This document shows positions 1 to 6,639 of a DNA stretch of 8,030 nt, piece after piece. The stretch comes from Octopus sinensis (taxonomy: Eukaryota), in assembly GCF_006345805.1 (NCBI RefSeq), contig NW_021828653.1, positions 1-8,030 of the forward strand, in the 5' to 3' direction. A program made the translations under genes and the position numbers. The first letter of the stretch is position 1. The number at the start of each line of letters is the position of its first letter. The notes under the pieces are model-generated. The model was not told the DNA's origin and ran no database searches. It saw only the letters and a program-made list of their open reading frames with translations.

Positions 1-231
1 GTATTGTGTGTGTGTGTATTGTGTGTGCATATATGCATGTGTATCTGTGTTTTTCCCCTCACCATCGCTTGACAACCGATGCTGGTGTGTTTTCGTCCCG
101 TAACTTAACGATTCGGCAAAAGATACCGTTTGAATAAGTACTAGGCTTACATTAAGTCCTGGGTTCGACTTTTTCGACTAAATCGGTGCTCCAGTACGGC
201 TGCAGTCAAATGACAAACAAAAGAGTAAAAG
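1..231 (+). mobile_element. 3' half of bipartite tRNA-derived SINE (family A, octopus-type), cut by window edge
   Basis: Internal TG/TA tract (1-45), then CATCGCTTGACAACCGATGCTGGTGTG...GTAACTT...TTCGGCAAAAGA...GAATAAGTACTAGGCTT...GGTGCTCCAG...CAGTCAAATGAC...AAAAGAGTAAAAG. This is the reverse complement of the 3' half of the copy at 3069-3542. Exact family name not verified. Confidence 0.9.
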
Positions 232-298
232 CGTGTGTGTGTTATCGGGTGTATTTGTGTGTATATGTGTGTGTGTGTGTGTGCGCGTGCGTGTGGTG
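232..298. repeat. Degenerate (TG)n microsatellite
   Basis: Direct reading of sequence. Confidence 0.9.
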
Positions 299-338
299 TT
301 AATTTATATGAAACAGACGAGGATTTGCTGTACACGAT

Positions 339-377
339 TCGTAAATATCAGCCGGTTTGAAAGCAATAAGGTGACTC
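339..377 (+). repeat. 39-bp dispersed direct repeat, copy 1 (copy 2 at 1061-1099)
   Basis: TCGTAAATATCAGCCGGTTTGAAAGCAATAAGGTGACTC vs TCGTAAATACCAGCCGGTTTGAAAGCAAGAAGGTGACTC; 37/39 identical. Confidence 0.95.
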
Positions 378-520
378 AAGGCACTTTGAGAGGTATACAT
401 AGCGTTTAACGCCTGTCAGCCATCTGTGACATTTAAATTCTTCAGGAAACATTTGACCTTGTGTCGGCAAGCTGAAATTTGATTAGTTTCTATTTTATTT
501 CATTCTGAAATGGATTCATA

Positions 521-763
521 TTAATTTCTTTATTGACACAGGAGGGTGGAGGTTACATGGAGGCGAAAAACAAAGACAGACAAAGACAGACAAAGGGATT
601 GAGTAGATTATATCGGTCCCAGTGTTCAACTAGTACTTATCTAATCGACCCTGAAAGGATGGGAAGCAAAGTCAACCTCGGCGGAATTTGAACTCAGAAT
701 GTAATGGCAGACGAAATACCGCTAAGCATTTCGTGCGGTGTGCTAACGATTCTGCCAGCTTGC
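521..763 (-). mobile_element. tRNA-derived CORE-type SINE (family B; resembles octopus OR2-like CORE-SINE)
   Basis: Minus strand: A-box-like TGGCAGAATCGTT, B-box GAGTTCAAATTCC, CORE-like CATCCTTTCAGGGTCGATTAGATAAGTACTAG, then a (TTTGTCTGTC)2 tail region and CAATAAAGAAAT end. Family name is recalled, not checked. Confidence 0.85.
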
Positions 764-967
764 TTGATAATGTGAATCTTCTCAGTCAAGCATAATGCAT
801 AAGCATCTTGCCAGGCCTTAAATCGAGGGACCTTATGTAATTTCACCCATAGGATGATGATCATATTTACAAGCGTTACTTTTTTAATTCTGATCTATGA
901 CCTCTTGACAGTAATAATTTTCGTACCAGTCTACAACTAAATGAATCCTTATTTTCTCTCCTTAAAC

Positions 968-1106
968 TTGGCACTTATTCTATCAGCGTCTTTTGCCGAA
1001 CCGCGAAGTTACGGGGACGTAAACACACCAATACCGGCTGCCCAGCGGTGAAAGTAAATATCGTAAATACCAGCCGGTTTGAAAGCAAGAAGGTGACTCG
1101 AAGCAT

Positions 1107-1138
<32 letters not shown>

Positions 1139-1294
1139 GCGACGAGCTTTCAGTTTTACTTCTACCAAATCCACTCACACGGTTTTGGTCGGTCCGAGGC
1201 TATCGTAGAAAACACCTCTTCAAGGTGCGATGCAGTGGGACTGAACCTGGAACAAAGCGGTTGAGAAGCAAACTTTTTTTTACCACAGAGCCAC
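968..1294 (-). mobile_element. Family A SINE, 3'-truncated, with foreign insert at 1051-1104
   Basis: Minus strand: A-box TGGCTCTGTGG, B-box GGTTCAGTCCC, internal (TG)n at 1108-1135. Colinear with 3180-3542 except for the insert; tail missing. Confidence 0.9.
1061..1099 (+). repeat. 39-bp dispersed direct repeat, copy 2, embedded in SINE
   Basis: 37/39 identical to 339-377. Confidence 0.95.
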
Positions 1295-1430
1295 GTCTGA
1301 GCATATATATATGTTCAAATATTCCATCGCTACTCTGTATTCTAATGTGGAATTTGAATCAAACCGTTATTGAAGAGGAAGTGATATCTTTCTATTTACC
1401 TACCTATTCAACTAAATATCTATCTACCAA

Positions 1431-1498
1431 TATACATATACATATATATATATATATATAATCTATATATATATATTATATATATATATATATATATA
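1431..1498. repeat. (TA)n microsatellite
   Basis: Direct reading. Confidence 0.95.
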
Positions 1499-1729
1499 AA
1501 GATAGATAGACACGTACTGAAAAATGGATATATTTCTTGAGCTGAATTTTTATAAAAATGTATAGGCACGATGTATATGTCAGCGTTGATAGAATGTTTT
1601 GTAGGTTGAAGCTAAATGAATTACTTTATTGTCTTTCAAGGCTGATTTCTCACGAAAGTAGTTTTCAATGTGCAAAAGATTATCGGAAGCCATTTTCTAA
1701 ATATCCTACTTCAATTATTTATTTTGAAA

Positions 1730-1938
1730 TTTTCTTCTTCTCCCCCTCCTCGTCCTTGTCCTCCTCCTTCTTCCACTTTTGCTTCTCTTTCTGCCATTTC
1801 TCCTCCTCCTTCTTTTTCGCCACCTTCTTACACTTCTTTTCCTTATTCCTCCTTTTTACATCTTGTTATTCTTCTTCATCTTCTCTTTCTTATCTTCACT
1901 TCTCTTTGTCTTCTCTTCATCCTTCTTTTTCTTCTTCT
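1730..1938. repeat. Polypyrimidine low-complexity tract (TTC/TCC/CTT-rich)
   Basis: About 200 nt that are mostly C/T on the + strand. Confidence 0.9.
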
Positions 1939-1941
1939 AAG

Positions 1942-2210
1942 TATTATTATTATTATTATTATCATTATTATTATTATTATTATCATTATTATTATTATTT
2001 TTTATTATTGTTATTATTATTACTATTATTATTATTATTATTTTTATTATTGTTATTATTATTATTATTTTTATTATTGTTATTATTAATATTATTATTA
2101 TTATTGTTATTATTAATATTATTATTATTATTATCATTATTATTAATATTATTGTTATTATTATTATTATTAATATTATTGTTATATTATTATTATTATT
2201 AATATTATTG

Positions 2211-2245
<35 letters not shown>

Positions 2246-2251
2246 GTTATT
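1942..2251. repeat. (ATT)n trinucleotide microsatellite with periodic interruptions
   Basis: Direct reading. Explains the poly-Y/L/I/N pseudo-ORFs in the ORF track. Confidence 0.97.
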
Positions 2252-2428
2252 GCTGTTGTTTTTTTTTTAATTTTTACTCTCCTACGAGAAAGTTATCTTC
2301 CATAATCCCCCCAATGAGAATGGTAAATCCGGATGTATCTCGAAAAGAGAATTATTTCCAAGCAAAACTAAGAAACAAACTCTCAGGAAATAATGATCCG
2401 TAGAAAGAAACAGATCTTTCACTTGCAA

Positions 2429-2478
2429 ATGGCGGCTACAGCGTTCCTACGCAGTCGAAGAAACTTGCAACAGCTGCG
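2429..2478 (+). CDS. Candidate short first coding exon (MAATAFLRSRRNLQQL.), unknown gene
   Basis: CAAATGGCGGC start context, a basic/Ala/Ser peptide with no acidic residues (mitochondrial-presequence-like), and a possible phase-2 donor CG|GTAACT. An in-frame upstream ATG is at 2393. Read-through hits TAA at 2480. No homology recognised. Confidence 0.2.
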
Positions 2479-3068
2479 GTAACTTCCAGAAAATATTCCA
2501 TATTTTTCTCCCTCTCTTTATTTCTCTTTCTGTCAAAGACAATTTGCAGAAGAGTCTTAAAACTCTAAGGCTTTAACGAAATTATATATTATGTCTTAAG
2601 AATTTTTCCCCACATTTTGCCATAATTTTTCTATAATTTTTTCGTCACTGTTCAAAAAAAAAAAAAAAGAAAAAAGCAGATTGCAAAAATAAACATAAAG
2701 CGAAGCGATTGCATATTTTTTGTGAGTGTTTCTGCAGCGAGTGCCACGGAAGGAGTTCAAAATATATTCTTGGTTCAAACGGGGAGCGAGATCCGATTTC
2801 GGATTCAGTTTACAGTTATTTAAATCAATTTCTCTACTTAATCCACCCGAGAAAAAAAAAGTAAACTCATAAATGAAATTAGCATAAAATTTCAGTACCA
2901 ACTTGCATGATTAGCGAAATTCCACGTAGTGCAAAGTATATTTTAAAAAATGCGGTCGGAATAATGCCGAGTTGGTAAGTAAAAGGTGTTTCTCTCATTT
3001 ATAACTTGAAAAATAAACCTGTTACTGATTTAAGTAGGAGGAATAGGCATAAATGTAGCAGAAAACGT

Positions 3069-3328
3069 TCTCTTTTACTCTTTTACTTGTTTCAGTCATT
3101 TGACTGTGGCCAGGCTGGAGCACCGCCTTTTAGTCGAGCAAATTGACCCCATAAGCTAGCTATTGTTTGTAAGCCTAGTACTTATTCTATCGGTCTCTTG
3201 TGCCGAACAGCTAAGTTACGGGGACGTAAACACACTAGCATTAGTTGTCAAGCGATGTTAGGGGGACAAACTTAGACGCAAACATACATATACACACATA
3301 TACACACACACACATACACACACACAGA

Positions 3329-3391
<63 letters not shown>

Positions 3392-3542
3392 GACGGGCTT
3401 CTTTCAGTTTCCGTCTACCAAATCCACTCACAAGGCTTTGGTCAGCCTGAGGCTATAGTAGAAGACACTTGCCTAAGGTGCTACGCAGTGGGACTGAAAT
3501 TTGAGCCATATGGTTGGTAAGCAAGCTACTTACCACACAGCC
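3069..3542 (-). mobile_element. Near full-length family A tRNA-derived SINE
   Basis: Minus strand: head GGCTGTGTGGTAAG...TTTCAGTCCC (mutated B-box), CACCTTAGGCAAGTGTCTT domain, internal (TA)/(TG) microsatellite at ~3281-3390, 3' half, and tail CAGTCAAATGACTGAAACAAGTAAAAGAGTAAAAGAG. Confidence 0.93.
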
Positions 3543-3575
3543 GGCAGTGCACGTCTCATGTTGACAGCACCATCT

Positions 3576-4038
3576 TATGTATGTAGGTGTAGATTTGTAT
3601 GTTTTATGTATGTATTCTCATGTATGTATTTATGTATGTATTCTCATGCATATAGTTGCATATCTAGACATTCTCAAATATATTTAAATGATAAACTTCT
3701 GGAAAGTTTTACAGATTTTTACAGTTGCAGTGATGGATTGGATCTGTAGTTTTCGAATTAGCTTTCTCATTTTCTGGTTTTGAGAAGCCTAATTTCTCAA
3801 GATTGGTATTTAGGCAGTGTGTTACATATCCCAGGGCCCCAAGAATTACAGGTATAAACCTGAACTTGTAATCTGGATAGAGTAACTGCAGATTTCTCAA
3901 TAGTTCAGCATAGGTATTCTCTTTTTCGTCGATCGTCAGCTTTATGTTAACATCCGCTGGGCAGTTAATTTCCACAACTGTGCACAGTTTCTCTTCTCTA
4001 TCCCAAATCATTATATCAGGTCTCTTGTGCTTACATTT
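3576..4038 (-). mobile_element. 5'-truncated non-LTR retrotransposon fragment, RLE clade (R4/Dong-like), with partial 3' UTR
   Basis: Contains the endonuclease remnant below, followed by a CATA-rich 3' region; the outer boundary near 3576 is approximate. Confidence 0.85.
3684..4038 (-). pseudogene. Restriction-like endonuclease C-terminus of a LINE ORF, one frameshift
   Basis: KCKHKRPDIMIWDREEKLCTVVEINCPADVNI...EKENTYAELL...FIPVILGALGYV carries the RPD..E..EK..Y..GALG pattern of RLE domains. After a frameshift near 3770 it continues RKLIRKLQIQSITATVKICKTFQKFII* (TAA at 3684-3686). Upstream CCHC and RT domains are absent. Clade assignment is inferred from motifs. Confidence 0.88.
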
Positions 4039-4051
4039 ATGCTTACATTTG

Positions 4052-4276
4052 TACGTACATACATATGTACGTATGCATTTTATGTATGTATGTATGTATG
4101 TATTTTATGTATGTATGTATGTATGTATGTATGTATGTATTTTATGTATGTATTTTATGTATGTATGTATGTACTTATGTATGTATGTATTTTATGTATG
4201 TATGTATTTTATGTATGTATGTCTATATTTTATGTATGTATGTATATACGTATGTATGCATGCATGCATGTACGTA
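4052..4276. repeat. (TATG)n tetranucleotide microsatellite with recurring TATTTT interruptions
   Basis: Direct reading. Explains the MYVC pseudo-ORFs. Confidence 0.97.
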
Positions 4277-4616
4277 TGAGCTTTCTTTTAGTTTTATTTA
4301 AGTTCGTCTTGAGAGAATTCAATTCGGTTGCTAAAAAAACAAGACATTTTGAGTTAAGAGATTTCCCTGTGTTTGTAAGTATATTGTTGAGTTCATGCGT
4401 TGGTGGAACTGTCGATGCAAACACCGAAGTCTATGCTTCTTCACATTAGAACTTCACATGAAGAACTTTTGGAATGGCTTACATATCCGCACTGTGCTAC
4501 TAATAGATTAGATTTGGAGAACTTGCATCAATTTCTTTTCAACACTTTCAGTTTTTGTGTAAATTTGTTGGTATGTATGTATGTATGTATTATGTTCGTG
4601 TGAGTGTTTAGGCATT

Positions 4617-5195
4617 TATTGGGTTGTCGGGAAAGTTCGTGCCGATTTATTGTAGCTTAACTTTCGACTTATTTTAGAACATGGTTGAATCCATAAAATA
4701 GGATTTGACTACACCTCCATTTAGAGCACAATTTAAGCTATCTTTTTGTGGGAAAAGATTTATGTTTCTATAACCTGTGTTAATTCTGTAACCCTTTAAA
4801 ATAGAAGATAAGAAAGTTCGTTTTCGGCACTTGATGCTTTGGGAACGAGACAAAAATTGCTCCAGCTCGGCTGGGATGTGTTATCCCACCCTCCATATTC
4901 ACCAGATATTGCTCCTTCGGATTTCCACTTATTCAGGTCTCTACAGAGTAGTGTTAATGGTAAAAATTTCAATTTCTTGGACGACATAAAAAGATACCTT
5001 GATGAATTCTTTGCCATGAAACCACCTCAATTCTGGGAAGAGGGTATTTTCAAGTTAAAGGAAAGAAGGAGACGCAGTGTGCAACAAAATGGTTCATATT
5101 TGGTTGATTTGGTTGATTAAAAATGTAATGGCAAGTATTTATTGACCTTTTTCTTTCCTTTAAAAATCTGCACGAACTTTCCGGACAACCCAATA
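4617..5195 (+). mobile_element. Internally deleted mariner (Tc1/mariner, mellifera-like), 575 bp plus TA TSD
   Basis: TIRs TTGGGTTGTCGGGAAAGTTCGTGCCGATTT (4619-4648) and the reverse complement of 5164-5193 match at 28/30. TA flanks at 4617-4618 and 5194-5195. Transposase N- and C-terminal remnants lie inside. Confidence 0.96.
4801..5120 (+). pseudogene. Mariner transposase remnant: N-terminal 15 codons fused out of frame to C-terminal ~93 codons
   Basis: 4801-4845 reads (ATA)EDKKVRFRHLMLWE, a mariner-like N-terminus with the start decayed to ATA. 4839-5120 reads LGTRQKLLQLGWDVLSHPPYSPDIAPSDFHLFRSLQ..., with the YSPDLAPxD motif holding the third D of D,D34D. RSLQ.S.NGKNF resembles the mellifera subfamily as I recall it. 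Confidence 0.93.
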
Positions 5196-5678
5196 TATGT
5201 GTGTGTGTGTTCGTTTTGTGTCAACTAGCGGAAAAAGAGTACTCACTATTACTGTAGAGATCAAAAATTTATTTCATTTTGGTCGAGTGAATATGTTGCT
5301 ACTCTGAGTTTCATCTGCTGGTATCCATGGCCTTCATGCAAATCATCTCTCATAACTTATGAGTCAATAATCGCAAGAAGATCCTGTGCGCCAAAAGAGG
5401 AAGCTCAGGGTAGAAAGAGACGAACACGATCAACATATATATATTGAGTGTAAACATATATATATTTAGTGTACACACAGACACATACATGCGCGCAAAC
5501 AGACACACGTGCGCACACATATCAATACGAGAGTTTTGCATTCTTCAGGAATGTTGAGAAAAAAATATAATGGAATCTAGGAAATATTTTCGTTAAAGCG
5601 AAAAAAGCTTAAAAGTAATCTGCAAATTGTACTTGACAGATGGGGAGAAAAATACGTATGTTTAAGTGTGTGTATAGC

Positions 5679-5682
5679 CACA

Positions 5683-5720
<38 letters not shown>
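5679..5720. repeat. (CA)n microsatellite
   Basis: Direct reading. Confidence 0.95.
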
Positions 5721-5726
<6 letters not shown>

Positions 5727-5850
5727 CAATTACATATATATACATTACATCACGAATGTCTTATTTATTGAAGTGGAATGAACATGGATAAAGCATAAAT
5801 AATTTTTAAATAGATTCCTATATAGGGATGTAAGGATAAGAACTTTATTT

Positions 5851-5910
5851 CGGGTTCATTTCCACTACGAGGCAGTAAATTGGGCGAGTGATTGCTATAT
5901 AAACCCGGGG
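5851..5910 (+). mobile_element. Decayed relic of family A SINE head
   Basis: CGGGTTCATTTCCACTACGAGGCAGTAAATTGGGCGAGTG aligns with the B-box region of the other copies (CAGGTTCAGTCCCACTGC..GCACCTT.G..AG.TG); a (TA)n tract follows downstream. Confidence 0.5.
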
Positions 5911-5930
5911 TGTTCAATGCCTTTACAGTG

Positions 5931-5933
<3 letters not shown>

Positions 5934-6012
<79 letters not shown>

Positions 6013-6018
6013 ATATAT
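5934..6018. repeat. (TA)n microsatellite
   Basis: Direct reading. Confidence 0.97.
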
Positions 6019-6020
6019 TC

Positions 6021-6225
6021 ATAATGTGACCGCGTGTGTACCGTTGGCGATTTTTTTCCCTCCGTCTTCCCTTCTTTGGATCTTTCATTTTCCTATGTTT
6101 CTGACGAAGAGCTCAGCTCGAAACGTTAAAACCTCCTTCTTTCCTGAGCGTCCAATAATACTATACTTGTTCCACGTCGTCGCGTTGTTGTGTTCTCTCT
6201 TTGTGTTTTCATGTTTGGATTAACT
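6021..6225 (+). mobile_element. Short CpG-rich element in a TA tract carrying a hammerhead-like motif; probable Penelope-like (PLE) terminus or non-autonomous derivative
   Basis: About 205 bp flanked on both sides by TA repeats, with CTGACGAA-GAGC-TCA-GCTC-GAAACGTT inside. PLE association with small hammerheads is established; no ORF is present to confirm it. Confidence 0.55.
6097..6132 (+). ncRNA. Minimal type I hammerhead ribozyme variant (HH1)
   Basis: Stem I GTTT / AAA(A)C, core CTGACGA plus an extra A, stem II GAGC/GCTC, GAAA, palindromic ACGT stem III, GUU site. Confidence 0.55.
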
Positions 6226-6228
6226 ATA

Positions 6229-6264
<36 letters not shown>

Positions 6265-6296
6265 TGTATGTATGTATGTATGTATTTATGTATATG
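6225..6296. repeat. (TA)n then (TATG)n microsatellite
   Basis: Direct reading. Confidence 0.95.
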
Positions 6297-6314
6297 TGAC
6301 AGCCCACTCCCTAC

Positions 6315-6546
6315 TGATATTTAAAAAATGTTAGCACTTGTGGTGTGCAAATTAGAAGTTCCAGTTCTCTCTGGTTACTGAAATTGTTGAGCATGTAAAC
6401 AAATTGGTTGCTTGTTTCTCTGGGATTGGCTAAATTGATGAGGGACGCCTCTGATGAAAATCCAGTATGATTAAAAAATCGATTAAGTTTGTTCATCATT
6501 GTTTTCAGTCTACGGGTAAATAGCTAAATTAACTCTGTTTACTAAT
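6315..6546 (+). repeat. ~230-bp repeat, copy A; inverted relative to copy B (7436-7666)
   Basis: Colinear exact anchors shared with the reverse complement of B: TGCAAATTAG, TGCTTGTTTCTCTGG (15 nt), GGACGCCTCTGATGA (15 nt), TTTTCAGTCT. Confidence 0.9.
6443..6494 (+). ncRNA. Degenerate hammerhead ribozyme (HH2), probably inactive
   Basis: CTGATGA intact, stem II AAATC/GATTA, GAAA mutated to AAAA, perfect palindrome AATCGATT as stem III, UUA site. Confidence 0.6.
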
Positions 6547-6639
6547 CTACTATATGGCATATATTATATAAATAATATATATATGCATATATGCATACAT
6601 ATCCGTAAATACCTACATATATATGTCTATATACATGCA

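Noticed and set aside
690-763. tRNA gene (also the SINE heads ending at 1294 and 3542)
   Set aside because: A/B boxes are present but the sequences continue into SINE bodies with no complete cloverleaf.
147-1461. Short ORFs at 147-335, 975-1178, 983-1174 and 1048-1461 (likewise 3245-3520)
   Set aside because: They overlap SINEs and CA/TG repeats and contain no recognisable domain.
1558-2202. 214-aa, 139-aa and 66-aa ORFs with poly-Y/L/I/N
   Set aside because: They are translations of the pyrimidine tract and (ATT)n, which lack stops in those frames.
2479-2549. 71-nt mini-intron with a good polypyrimidine tract and TTGCAG acceptor
   Set aside because: Splicing gives a stop five codons later, so it does not yield a productive CDS.
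2791-2804. ATCCGA-TT-TCGGAT palindrome (also GGGAC-CATA-GTCCC at 7681-7694)
   Set aside because: Stems of 5-6 bp are expected by chance in 8 kb.
2596-2901. 101-aa minus-strand ORF
   Set aside because: Non-ATG start, poly-T derived FFFF runs, no recognised homology.
3921-3939. Minus-strand CTGACGA..GAAA hammerhead-like words
   Set aside because: No stem II can form between them, and they lie inside RLE coding sequence; treated as chance.
3944-4449. Overlapping MYVC-rich ORFs
   Set aside because: Translation of (TATG)n.
4400-4603. 67-aa ORF between the microsatellite and the mariner
   Set aside because: Non-ATG start, no motif and no convincing splice sites; origin unresolved.
4839-5120. 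Functional transposase gene
   Set aside because: Only the C-terminal portion remains; the DNA-binding domain and first two catalytic aspartates are deleted.
5432-5473. 21-bp tandem duplication
   Set aside because: Ordinary slippage in TA-rich low-complexity DNA.
6311-6499. 62-aa minus-strand ORF MMNKLNRFF...
   Set aside because: It is antisense to the hammerhead repeat, and the homologous copy B does not keep an open frame.
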